64,000 nt of DNA. It comes from an uncultured Candidatus Saccharibacteria bacterium. GTDB taxonomy: Bacteria > Patescibacteriota > Minisyncoccia > Minisyncoccales > GWA2-38-27. A model generated the notes under the pieces. It was not told the origin of the DNA. It did not search any database and saw only the letters and a program-made list of their open reading frames with translations. Both the position numbers and the translations under genes were made by a program. Positions within the stretch are counted from its first letter, which is position 1. Every line of letters begins with the position of its first letter. Shown one piece after another: positions 1 to 8,704 of the stretch. The DNA is taken from the NCBI GenBank assembly GCA_964394985.1, contig CAYMZK010000004.1, positions 12,746 to 76,745 of the forward strand. The letters run 5' to 3'.

Positions 1-1
1 T

Positions 2-280
2 AATACTCTTACTTCAATAATTATTATTTTAATCGTTTTATGCGCTTTTATTTTTTTGGCTTTGGGTTTTGAAAAAGCAAAACTTTCGGCTTCAATTTCA
101 GCAACTCAGTTTAATCCGATTACTTTATCTCAATGTTATAAAGAAGCATATGAAAATTTTTGCAATCAGTGGAATCAAGAATGTTTTTCAAAAGGGCTAG
201 AAGAAAAATGTAGTCTGCCAAAAGAAATTGCTACAGAATTAAAATCAGAATATCAGGGACTAAAGAATAATTGTCAATGA
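2..280 (+). CDS. hypothetical small Cys-rich membrane-anchored protein, 5'-partial at window edge
   Basis: Frame is open from nt 2 to TGA at 278-280. A hydrophobic stretch (IIIILIVLCAFIFLALGF) is followed by a Cys-rich tail. No family recognised. Confidence 0.35.
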   Translation, partial: NTLTSIIIILIVLCAFIFLALGFEKAKLSASISATQFNPITLSQCYKEAYENFCNQWNQECFSKGLEEKCSLPKEIATELKSEYQGLKNNCQ

Positions 281-1212
281 AGAAATCTTCTAAATTAATT
301 ATTTTAATATTAGCAGTTTTTTTGCTTTTATCTTTTGGAATTATTATTTGGTTAACCTATAACCAAACAAGCAACCAAGAACAAGAGAGAATTTTTTCTT
401 TGAAAGAAACTCAGTTTGATCAAAATAGGACTCAAGAAAGAATAAAACAATTAGAAGATAAAATAAAAGAACTGGAAGAAGAAGATGTTCCTTTTCCTGA
501 CATTAGACCTTCGGTTTTAACTGATAATGAAATAAAATCTGTTGTTGAGTTGTGGTGTCCAGGCGATAATTATGGACGAGGTGATAGTTTTATTAGTATT
601 GGTTCTGGGACTATTATTAGTCCCGAAGGATTAGTTGTTACCAATAGGCACGTTGTTTCTAATGAAGACTGGAGTATTATCTCTGCTACTCCAACTTGTT
701 ATGTTTCGGTGACTGATGATATTTCTGAAAAACCTTCTATTAAGTATTTAGCTAATGTTGTTGCCTATTCTCCTGCTCAAGGAGGAAAGGTTGATTTTGA
801 TATTGCTGTGTTAAAAATATATGATGTTTGCGATTATTGCCAAGGTGCTCCCAAAAAATTACCTTCAGAATTCTCCCACTTAACTATTGGCTATTCAGAT
901 AAGCTAGAGATAGGGGATTACGTAGCCGTTGCCGGTTATCCAGAGATTGGGGGCGGAACCTTTAATTTAACTGATGGTATAATAAGCGGTAGAGTTGGTG
1001 ATTTTGTTTTAAAAACTGATGCAAAAATTGATTCGGGTAATTCTGGGGGAGCGGTTTTAAATAAAAATCATGAGCTGATAGGAGTGCCAACTTGGACTGT
1101 TTCTGGGCTTGCAGAGACAATCGGCTATATTATTGGGATAGATCAGATTTTTGAATGGTATAATAATCAAGTTATAAATTCAGATAAAAAAGAAGTGCCA
1201 TATGAAAACTAA
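277..1212 (+). CDS. trypsin-like (S1C/HtrA-like, no PDZ) secreted serine protease
   Basis: N-terminal TM/signal segment. Catalytic-triad contexts TNRHVV, DFDIAVLKI and DSGNSGGAVL are present. ATG at 277 is preferred over the TTG at 271 used by the ORF track. Confidence 0.8.
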   Translation: MKKSSKLIILILAVFLLLSFGIIIWLTYNQTSNQEQERIFSLKETQFDQNRTQERIKQLEDKIKELEEEDVPFPDIRPSVLTDNEIKSVVELWCPGDNYGRGDSFISIGSGTIISPEGLVVTNRHVVSNEDWSIISATPTCYVSVTDDISEKPSIKYLANVVAYSPAQGGKVDFDIAVLKIYDVCDYCQGAPKKLPSEFSHLTIGYSDKLEIGDYVAVAGYPEIGGGTFNLTDGIISGRVGDFVLKTDAKIDSGNSGGAVLNKNHELIGVPTWTVSGLAETIGYIIGIDQIFEWYNNQVINSDKKEVPYEN

Positions 1213-1297
1213 AATTTTAACCAAAATTCTAGTAGGGGTTGCGCTTTTGCAAGTTGTTCTTGGTTTTGTTCAAATAATTATAATGCTATTTAAATAA
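1202..1297 (+). CDS. possible 31-aa hydrophobic micropeptide (MKTKILTKILVGVALLQVVLGFVQIIIMLFK)
   Basis: ATG overlaps the protease 3' end. Contains a single predicted TM helix. Below the ORF-track size cut-off and has no homology support. Confidence 0.2.
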   Translation: MKTKILTKILVGVALLQVVLGFVQIIIMLFK

Positions 1298-1353
1298 AAT
1301 AGGTTTAAAAAATTCTGCCTATAGCAGGTTTTTTATTTTCTTCATTTTCTGTT

Positions 1354-1677
1354 ATGATGGTAATAATGATGGATTATAAAGAAATCTTAAAAATTATTGC
1401 TACGGCTGGTAAGAATTTGGAAGCGGTTGAAATTTATTATCCAAAAACAGACAATAGTCCGGCTGGCTGGAGAGAGGTTGAGCCCTATAGTTTGACTCTT
1501 GATCCAGGAGAAGGGGCTGAGCATTTAATTTATGGTAAAGATAGATTAAGTCCTGGTCATATTTTTAACGGTCGAATGAAAAGAAGAAGATATTGCAACT
1601 CTTTTATTATTGGTAAGATTAAAAAGGCTAGACTAACTTATAAAAAGTTTGAACCAAAATGGCCAGTAGAGTTTTAA
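1354..1677 (+). CDS. stand-alone WYL-like domain protein (no HTH)
   Basis: The pattern REVEPYSL...HLIYG...SFIIGKIKKARL...F resembles the WYL-domain core (RxVxPYxL ... FxxxRIxxxxL). Several in-frame ATGs lie at 1354-1372, so the start is uncertain. Confidence 0.45.
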   Translation: MMVIMMDYKEILKIIATAGKNLEAVEIYYPKTDNSPAGWREVEPYSLTLDPGEGAEHLIYGKDRLSPGHIFNGRMKRRRYCNSFIIGKIKKARLTYKKFEPKWPVEF

Positions 1678-1701
1678 TTAATAATAATTTAAAATAAAGT
1701 A

Positions 1702-2526
1702 ATGGCTGATTTTGATTTCTCTAAAATTTATTCTTATTCTAAGTTAGATCTTTTTGATCAATGTCCTCAAAAGTATTATTTTAATTATTTAGATCCTGAA
1801 ATTGCTCCAATTAAAAAGCAATTTTTAAAACCTAAGGATTATAATACAAAAGGGAGTGCTGTTCATGGAGCAATTACCCTGTTTTATCATTTACCTAAAA
1901 AAGAGAGAATCTTTGACAACTTAAAAAAATGTTTAAAAGAAGCTTGGTATTCTGAATTAGATATTTATCGACAGCCTCCTTTGGGATTGTTGGGCGGCTT
2001 TAAAGACATTGAACACGAAAGAGAAACTTATTTAGAATCTTTAAGGCAATTACGTAATTTTTTAGAGATTGAAAAGGAAGAAAAGCCTAATCCTTTTTAT
2101 GTTCCAATAAAGACAATCAGAAAATCTTTTAAAGATTATGAGAGAATGATCAAGTTCTTAAATAGCAAAGTAGCCGTTTCTGGAAAATTTGATCGGATAG
2201 ACGAGCTCGAAGACGGTGGATTAAGAGTGGTTGATTTTAAAACCGGAAAAAGTAAAAATGGTATTGATCAATTAGAATTTTATAAGTTATTAGCAGAGAT
2301 GAATTTTAATAAAAAAGTTAAGAAAGTAAGCTATCATTATTTAAATAATGGCAAAGTTGATGATTTTGATGTTTCAAAAACCAAAACAGCAGACATTAAA
2401 AAGAAGATTTTAAAGAAAGTAAAAGAAATAGAAGAGACTAAAGAATTTAATCCTCGGCCAAGCCATCTGTGTAATTACTGCGACTTTAAAGAAATTTGCC
2501 CGGTCTTTAAGCCCATAGAGTCATGA
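1702..2526 (+). CDS. PD-(D/E)XK nuclease, Cas4/AddB-like with 4-Cys (Fe-S) signature
   Basis: Motifs GKFDRID...VVDFKTGK (D..D/ExK) and QLEFYKLL (QxxxY). N-terminal Cys (DQCPQKYY) plus C-terminal CNYCDFKEIC. Confidence 0.7.
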   Translation: MADFDFSKIYSYSKLDLFDQCPQKYYFNYLDPEIAPIKKQFLKPKDYNTKGSAVHGAITLFYHLPKKERIFDNLKKCLKEAWYSELDIYRQPPLGLLGGFKDIEHERETYLESLRQLRNFLEIEKEEKPNPFYVPIKTIRKSFKDYERMIKFLNSKVAVSGKFDRIDELEDGGLRVVDFKTGKSKNGIDQLEFYKLLAEMNFNKKVKKVSYHYLNNGKVDDFDVSKTKTADIKKKILKKVKEIEETKEFNPRPSHLCNYCDFKEICPVFKPIES

Positions 2527-3038
2527 AAAAAGTGAGGGTGAATGATAAAATGCAAAAGGGCTATGTCTACATTTTGTCCGAGCCCAAAGGTAAAAACTTT
2601 GACCTTAATTTTAAGCCAGAATTAACCCCTAAAGAAATGTTAGAATTAGGGGTTTTTGGTGGTCGATATATGAGAGATTGCAAAAAAGAATTTCCTGACA
2701 GCTGGTTTAAAAAAGCTAAGCTTCATAAAGAAGGAGCTCCTGGCCACAATCCAGAATTAAACTATTTTAGTGTTGATGCTAGTCAGCCGTTATCTGTTTG
2801 GCGTAAAAAGGGCTGGATCAATGAAAAACATGATCCTCGTGGTTGGTTTCAATGGTATTGTCGCTACTATGTGGGCAGAAGACTAGAAAGTGAAGATCAA
2901 AAACAAATTAAAAGGTGGAGAGCCATGAAAAGACACATTGCTCAAGTTAAAAAGAATTGCAAAAAGAAAGATTATAATTGTCGAAGAAAACAAAGACAAG
3001 CTTTATTGCATTGGGCCTATGATTCTAGAAAATATTAA
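2523..3038 (+). CDS. conserved hypothetical protein with W/R-rich motif PRGWFQWYCRYYVGRR
   Basis: ATGA overlap with the upstream nuclease gene. I recall a similar uncharacterised DUF family but cannot verify it. Confidence 0.4.
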   Translation: MKKVRVNDKMQKGYVYILSEPKGKNFDLNFKPELTPKEMLELGVFGGRYMRDCKKEFPDSWFKKAKLHKEGAPGHNPELNYFSVDASQPLSVWRKKGWINEKHDPRGWFQWYCRYYVGRRLESEDQKQIKRWRAMKRHIAQVKKNCKKKDYNCRRKQRQALLHWAYDSRKY

Positions 3039-3062
3039 TTGAACTGCTTTTTTTATCCACAG

Positions 3063-3091
3063 TTGACAAGGGTTTTTAATGATAATAAAAT
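3063..3091 (+). promoter_or_regulatory. sigma70-like promoter with overlapping Fur/PerR-box-like AATGATAAT
   Basis: TTGACA (3063-3068), 17-nt spacer, TAAAAT (3086-3091). AATGATAAT at 3078-3086 matches a Fur-box half. Confidence 0.6.
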
Positions 3092-3113
3092 GTAATTAGG
3101 AATAGTTATTATT

Positions 3114-3485
3114 ATGGAAAGATTAACATCTCAAAAAAAGATCATCCTTGATTATTTAAAGAAGAGCAAGAATCACCCTACCGCCGAAACTGTTTTTTTG
3201 GCAGTCAAAGAGAAGCTCCCTCAAATTAGCCAGGCTACTATTTATAGGGTGTTAAATAATTTCAAAGGAAAAGATTTGGCCCAAATAATCAATGTTAAAG
3301 GAATAGCTCATTTTGATGGCGATGTTTCTCCTCATTCTCATTTTATTTGTGAAGAATGTAGCAAGGTTTATGATGTTTTTGATGTTTGTTCAAAATGTAA
3401 TATTTTAAAGAATAAAAAAATAAAGGTCGGGAAAATTAATAAGTATAAAATATATTTTTATGGAAAATGTAAAAAATGCCAGTAG
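3114..3485 (+). CDS. Fur family metalloregulator (PerR/Fur-like)
   Basis: N-terminal winged helix (HPTAETVF...SQATIYRVLN). HSHFICEEC...CKKC metal-binding cysteines. Confidence 0.85.
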   Translation: MERLTSQKKIILDYLKKSKNHPTAETVFLAVKEKLPQISQATIYRVLNNFKGKDLAQIINVKGIAHFDGDVSPHSHFICEECSKVYDVFDVCSKCNILKNKKIKVGKINKYKIYFYGKCKKCQ

Positions 3486-3741
3486 ATGTTTTGACTGCAA
3501 TAAAAAGATTGAGATCAATGGTCAAACAATCAATAATGGCTATCTTCTTTGCTATAAAGATGGCGATGAAGAAATTAAAACATATAAGTGCAAAGAATGC
3601 TATGACAAAAATCCAGCTTTAAGTAATTTCAGGAACTGTGAAGTGTATTCGAGAGTGGTTGGGTATATAAGGCCGGTTAGCCAATGGAATATTGGTAAAA
3701 AAAGAGAATACGGTGATCGTAAAGAATTCACTAATAATTAA
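3460..3741 (+). CDS. stand-alone NrdD C-terminal-like glycyl-radical/zinc-ribbon domain protein
   Basis: CFDC...CKEC zinc-ribbon cysteines, then SRVVGYIRPVSQWNIGKKREYGDRKEF. This closely resembles the class III RNR C-terminus (E. coli NrdD ...RRVCGYLG...FNAGKQEEVKRRVKH). Confidence 0.65.
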   Translation: MENVKNASRCFDCNKKIEINGQTINNGYLLCYKDGDEEIKTYKCKECYDKNPALSNFRNCEVYSRVVGYIRPVSQWNIGKKREYGDRKEFTNN

Positions 3742-3766
3742 TCATTAATAAGTTAAAATAAAACAT

Positions 3767-4048
3767 ATGTTATCACAGCTACCAATTGATTTAAGTAAAA
3801 TAGATAAAAACAATATTAATAAAGAGATTTTAAGAGCAGGAATGATCGCTGAGCTTGACGCTGTTAGTTTTTATGAGCAAATGGCAGCAATGACCGACGA
3901 TGCAAACATTAAAAGAGTGCTTTTAGATATTGCTAAAGAAGAAAAAACTCACATTGGGGAGTTTGAAACAATGCTTTTGAAGATAGATCAAGAGCAGGTT
4001 TCAGAAAACGAAGAAGCTAAAAAAGAAATAGAAGAACTAACTTCTTAA
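3767..4048 (+). CDS. ferritin-like (rubrerythrin/EncFtn-type) di-iron carboxylate domain protein
   Basis: [10 protein letters not shown] ... [10 protein letters not shown] gives an E...ExxH motif pair. Short, all-helical, about 93 aa. Confidence 0.6.
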   Translation: MLSQLPIDLSKIDKNNINKEILRAGMIAELDAVSFYEQMAAMTDDANIKRVLLDIAKEEKTHIGEFETMLLKIDQEQVSENEEAKKEIEELTS

Positions 4049-4053
4049 GGATT

Positions 4054-4431
4054 ATGGTAGAACAAAAACAAATATATAAATGCAAAGTTTGCGGAAATAT
4101 TGTTGAAGTTTTACATGTTGGTGGTGGAGAGTTAGTTTGTTGTGGCCAACCAATGGAACTTCAAAACGAAAAAAACCAAGATGAAGGACAAGAAAAACAC
4201 GTTCCAGTAATTGAAAAAACCGATGAAGGTGTTTTAATTAAAGTTGGCTCTAATCCTCACCCAATGGAAGAAAGTCATTACATTGAATGGATTGAAGCTG
4301 TTATTGATGGCAAATATTGTCGTAAGTTTTTAACTCCTTCAGATAGACCAGAAGCATTGTTTCATATTTCTGGAGATAATGTTTCAGCTAGAATTTATTG
4401 TAATATTCATAATCTTTGGAAGAGTTCTTGA
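4054..4431 (+). CDS. dfx: desulfoferrodoxin / superoxide reductase (2Fe-SOR)
   Basis: N-terminal desulforedoxin-like CKVCGN...VCCG. C-terminal [21 protein letters not shown] and YCNIHNLW iron-ligand contexts. Confidence 0.9.
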   Translation: MVEQKQIYKCKVCGNIVEVLHVGGGELVCCGQPMELQNEKNQDEGQEKHVPVIEKTDEGVLIKVGSNPHPMEESHYIEWIEAVIDGKYCRKFLTPSDRPEALFHISGDNVSARIYCNIHNLWKSS

Positions 4432-4462
4432 TTTAAACCTGATCGATTGCTATAATTAGATT

Positions 4463-5587
4463 ATGAAAAAGATATTTCTTGCGTTATTTTTTTTACTATT
4501 TGCTTTGCCGGTTTTTGCTCAAGAAGCAGATATAAATTTCTTTTATAGTCCAACTTGTCCTCATTGTCATGAAGAGCAAGCTTTTTTAGATGAGCTAGAA
4601 AAAGAATATCCAGATGTTACCGTTAATCGTTATTCAGTGACCGATAAAGAAAATGTTAAATTGCTAAAAGATTTTTATGATCGCTATGATGTTCCTGATC
4701 ACTACAAAGGAATGGTGCCGGCAACTTTTACTAGAGATAACTATTTTATTGGCTTTAATGACAATGTAGCTAAAGATATTGAGGATTGCTTTTTGCATTG
4801 TACTAAAGAGGATGTCTCTAAGGGAGAGGTTTCAGTTGTAGATATTGAGAGGAATATTACTGTTCCGATAATAGGAAATATTAATATAAAAAAATATTCT
4901 CTACCGGCTTTAGCGGTTATTTTGGGGACATTAGATGGTTTTAATGTTTGTTCTTTGGGTGCTTTAGTTTTGATTTTAGGACTTGTTTTAGCAATTAAGT
5001 CTCGTAAAAAGACTTTGCTTTTTGGCGGAATCTTTATTTTAACTACGGCAATTGTTTATGGTCTTTTAATTTTTATTTGGTATCAAGTATTTTCGTTCTT
5101 TTCTTCTTATTTAAAAATAATGCAGATTATTATTGGCTTAATAGGGATTATTGGCGGAATTTATTTTTTCAAACAATTTTTAAAGTATCGAAAATATGGT
5201 CCAACTTGTGAAGCTGGTGTTGGTAATGACTTGATTTCTAGATTCTCAAATAAATTTAAAAACTCTTTAAGCGAATCAAAAAATATCTTTTTATTAGCAT
5301 TAAGTATTCTTGTTTTTGCTGGCATTATTACTATTGTAGAATTTCCTTGTTCAGCGGTAGTTCCAGTTGCTTTTGCTGGAATATTGGCAGAGGCCAATCT
5401 TTCCGTTTTTTATTATTTGTTATATATAGTAATTTTTGTATTTTTCTATATGCTAGATGAGGTTGTCGTTTTTCTAATTGCTTTCTTTACTATGAAGGTT
5501 TGGTTAGCTTCAAATAAGGTGGTAACTTGGATAACTTTAATTGAAGCCATTGTTTTAATTGGCTTAGGTGTTTATTATTTATTATGA
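4463..5587 (+). CDS. thioredoxin-fold (CPHC) domain fused to a multi-pass CcdA/DsbD-like membrane domain
   Basis: Signal sequence, then FFYSPTCPHCHEEQAFL, then about 6 TM helices with the EFPCSAVVP motif. Confidence 0.65.
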   Translation: MKKIFLALFFLLFALPVFAQEADINFFYSPTCPHCHEEQAFLDELEKEYPDVTVNRYSVTDKENVKLLKDFYDRYDVPDHYKGMVPATFTRDNYFIGFNDNVAKDIEDCFLHCTKEDVSKGEVSVVDIERNITVPIIGNINIKKYSLPALAVILGTLDGFNVCSLGALVLILGLVLAIKSRKKTLLFGGIFILTTAIVYGLLIFIWYQVFSFFSSYLKIMQIIIGLIGIIGGIYFFKQFLKYRKYGPTCEAGVGNDLISRFSNKFKNSLSESKNIFLLALSILVFAGIITIVEFPCSAVVPVAFAGILAEANLSVFYYLLYIVIFVFFYMLDEVVVFLIAFFTMKVWLASNKVVTWITLIEAIVLIGLGVYYLL

Positions 5588-6330
5588 TATTTATTTATAT
5601 AATCACAGCCACTTTAATTATTAGTACCATTTCTTTTATTGGAGTTTTGACTTTAATTTTTAACAAAGATTTACTCAATAGAATATTATTAGGTCTAGTT
5701 TCTTTTTCAGCTGGAGCTTTGTTAGGTGGCGCTTTTTTTCACTTATTGCCAGAATCAATAGAAGAAATAGGGCCAAGTATTAATATTTTTATCGCTTTAA
5801 TTTTTGGTTTTTGTCTTTTTTTTATTCTAGAGCAATTTATCCACTGGCATCATAATCATAAGTGTAAAGGGTGTAAAAAAGTAGCCCCATTTTCTTACTT
5901 AGTTTTAATTTCTGATGGAATTCATAATTTTTTAGACGGGTTTATTATTGCTGCTTCTTTTATTGTTGCTTTTCCGGTTGGCGTTGCAACGACAATAGCA
6001 GTTGCTTTGCATGAAATTCCTCAAGAAATAGGAGATTTTGGTGTTTTAATTTATGGAGGAATGAGAAGGAAGAAAGCATTATTATTAAACTTTTTTTCTG
6101 GTTTAGTGGCCGTAGTTGGAGGAATAGTCGGTTTTTTACTTTCAAATAGTTTAGGAGAATCTGTTATTTATTTGTTGCCTTTTGCGGCTGGTAATTTTAT
6201 TTATATTGCTTCTTCTGATTTAATTCCAGAGATTAAACATGGAGCGAATAAAAAAGAATCTCTATATTGTTTTTTTCTTTTTTTGGTTGGAATAGGATTA
6301 ATGCTTGCTTTTCGCTTTTTTGGAGAGTAA
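5584..6330 (+). CDS. ZIP family divalent metal (zinc) transporter
   Basis: Multi-TM protein with HWHHNHKCKGC loop and the ZIP signature HEIPQEIGDF. ATGA overlap with the upstream gene. Confidence 0.85.
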   Translation: MIFIYIITATLIISTISFIGVLTLIFNKDLLNRILLGLVSFSAGALLGGAFFHLLPESIEEIGPSINIFIALIFGFCLFFILEQFIHWHHNHKCKGCKKVAPFSYLVLISDGIHNFLDGFIIAASFIVAFPVGVATTIAVALHEIPQEIGDFGVLIYGGMRRKKALLLNFFSGLVAVVGGIVGFLLSNSLGESVIYLLPFAAGNFIYIASSDLIPEIKHGANKKESLYCFFLFLVGIGLMLAFRFFGE

Positions 6331-6372
6331 TCAGAGGGTTGATTTTTTTTGGACTTTGATTAAAATAGATAT

Positions 6373-7998
6373 ATGAATACTTTAAAGAAATATTTAAGCG
6401 TGAAGAGGGTAATAATTTTAGTGATTATTGTTGCTCTTGTTTTTGTTGGTTATAGATACTTTAAAAAAGATGGACCAGAATATATCGCCGAAGCAGTCGA
6501 TTATGGCCAAGTAATTAAAGAAGTGTCTGAAACTGGAATGATTAAAGTTTCTGAAGAAACTAACTTAGGCTTTAAAAGTTCCGGTAAAATTGAAACCGTT
6601 TATATCAAGGTAGGAGATAAGGTTTTAGCCGGGCAAGCTTTAGTGGAATTAGACACCGATCAATTAAGAATTGAGCTTTCTGAAGCCAGAGCTAATTTAA
6701 GAGTGGTTGAGGCAGATTATGATGAGCTTTTAGCTGGTAGCTCTGAAGAAGAAATTCAAATAGCAAAAATTGATGTTCTTAATGCTGAAACAGATTTAAG
6801 TAATAAAAAGCAATCTTTAGAAAATATTAAAATTGAATCAGAAGAAGATTTAGTCCAATCCTATGAAAATGCTTATGATGAATTAAGTGATGCTCAATTA
6901 GATATTGCTAATGCTTTATCTCAAGTAGGTATAATAGAAAGTAAATACTTTGGTGGCGTAGATTCTCAAGGATCAACAGTTAGAAACGCTAAAATAGCGA
7001 TTACCAATGCATTAGAGTCAATGAACGATTATTTAAACAACACCAATGCAGGCGAAAGAGGAGAAATAGACCTGGTTTTATCTGAAACTAAAAACTTATT
7101 ATCTAATGTTAGAAATGCTTTAATTGATGTCAAAGGAGCTATGGAGTCACCTTCATATAGTGATGATATTTCTAGTACCGATAAAACGGCTATTGATAAT
7201 CATCGATCATATATTAATACTGCTTATAGCGAAATTTTAGCTAGTCAACAGGCAATCGCAACAGCCAGAATTAATATTAGAACCAATCTCGATGATGCTC
7301 AAGCGCTAGTGACTTCTGCCGAAGTAGCTTTAGAGAGAGCTATAGATCATTTAGCCTTAGTTCAGGCCGATCCGGTACAAGAAACAAAAGAATTGTATTT
7401 AGCTAAAGTAAATCAAGCTCAAACTAAAGTTTCTTTGATTCAGACTAAAATCAATGAAGCAGTTTTGACTAGTCCGGTTGAAGGTCAAATTATTAGGGTG
7501 AATAAGAGAAAAGGAGAGACAGTTCAACTATCAGAGTCAGTGGTTACTATTTTGCCAGAAGGACCATTTCAAGTAGAAGTAGATATTTATGAAGAAGATA
7601 TTGTTGATGTAGATCCTGGTGATAGCGTAATAGTAGAATTGCCGGCTTTTCCTGATAAAAAATTAGAAGGAAGGGTTTTGTCGGTTGACCCAGCTGAAAA
7701 ACTAATAGACGGCATTGTTTATTACGAAGTAAATATTAGCGTAGAGGTTAATGATTTAAATGTTAAGCCGGGGATGACTGCCGATGTTGTTATTGAAACT
7801 AATAAAAAAGAAAATGTTTTGAGAGTGCCAATTGAGGCAATTGAAAGAGAAGATGGTAAAAGAAAAATTAAGGTGTTGGAAAATAATCAATTAGTGTATA
7901 AAGAGGTTGAGTTTGGGCTAGAAGGAGAAGATTATGTTGAAATTATTTCTGGCGTTTCTCAAGGCGAACAAGTGATAATTGGCGAGAATAATGAGTAA
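6373..7998 (+). CDS. HlyD/MacA-family periplasmic adaptor with long coiled coil
   Basis: N-terminal TM, lipoyl-like GKIETVYIKVGDKVLAGQALVELD, long coiled coil and a beta-barrel C-terminus. Precedes an ABC ATPase and an FtsX-type permease. Confidence 0.8.
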   Translation: MNTLKKYLSVKRVIILVIIVALVFVGYRYFKKDGPEYIAEAVDYGQVIKEVSETGMIKVSEETNLGFKSSGKIETVYIKVGDKVLAGQALVELDTDQLRIELSEARANLRVVEADYDELLAGSSEEEIQIAKIDVLNAETDLSNKKQSLENIKIESEEDLVQSYENAYDELSDAQLDIANALSQVGIIESKYFGGVDSQGSTVRNAKIAITNALESMNDYLNNTNAGERGEIDLVLSETKNLLSNVRNALIDVKGAMESPSYSDDISSTDKTAIDNHRSYINTAYSEILASQQAIATARINIRTNLDDAQALVTSAEVALERAIDHLALVQADPVQETKELYLAKVNQAQTKVSLIQTKINEAVLTSPVEGQIIRVNKRKGETVQLSESVVTILPEGPFQVEVDIYEEDIVDVDPGDSVIVELPAFPDKKLEGRVLSVDPAEKLIDGIVYYEVNISVEVNDLNVKPGMTADVVIETNKKENVLRVPIEAIEREDGKRKIKVLENNQLVYKEVEFGLEGEDYVEIISGVSQGEQVIIGENNE

Positions 7999-8704
7999 CG
8001 AGATAATCAAAGTTGAAGATATTTGGAAGACATATAGGCTAGGCGAGGTGAATTTAACTGTTTTAAAAGGAGTAAGTTTTGGAGTTAAAGAAGGTTCTTT
8101 TGTGGCTATTATGGGTCCCTCTGGATCTGGAAAATCTACTCTTTTACATATTATCGGTGCTCTAGACTTGCCTTCTAAGGGCAAGGTCTTTATCGCCGGG
8201 AAAGATATTTCTCAAATGTCAGAAGACGAGCTTTCTATGGTTCGTGGCCAAAAGATTGGTTTTGTTTTCCAACAATTTAATTTGCTTCACAATCTTACTG
8301 CTTTAGAAAATGTTATGTTGCCAATGGTTTTTCAAGGAACTGACGAAAATGAAAGAAAAAAAAGAGCTGAAGAATTGCTTCAGTCTTTAGGATTAGGGCA
8401 TAGATTAAATCATAAACCAAACGAACTTTCTGGCGGAGAAAGACAAAGAATCGCTATCGCTAGGGCTTTGGCCAATAATCCAGATATGATTGTTGCCGAT
8501 GAGCCAACTGGAAATCTGGATTCTTCTACTGGTCAAAAGATAATGGATATTTTAGTTGATTTACATAAGAATCAGAAAAAAACTATTATTGTGGTTACTC
8601 ATGATCCCAACATTGCTGATTACACTGAACATACTATTAGCATTAAAGATGGCCAATTAGTTAAAAATGGGCGTCAAGAAAGCCAAGTTATATGGGAGCG
8701 TTAA
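7991..8704 (+). CDS. ABC transporter ATP-binding protein (MacB/LolD-type)
   Basis: Walker A GPSGSGKST, signature LSGGERQR, Walker B MIVADEPT. ATG at 7991 (MSNEIIKV) is preferred over the TTG at 7979. Confidence 0.9.
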   Translation: MSNEIIKVEDIWKTYRLGEVNLTVLKGVSFGVKEGSFVAIMGPSGSGKSTLLHIIGALDLPSKGKVFIAGKDISQMSEDELSMVRGQKIGFVFQQFNLLHNLTALENVMLPMVFQGTDENERKKRAEELLQSLGLGHRLNHKPNELSGGERQRIAIARALANNPDMIVADEPTGNLDSSTGQKIMDILVDLHKNQKKTIIVVTHDPNIADYTEHTISIKDGQLVKNGRQESQVIWER

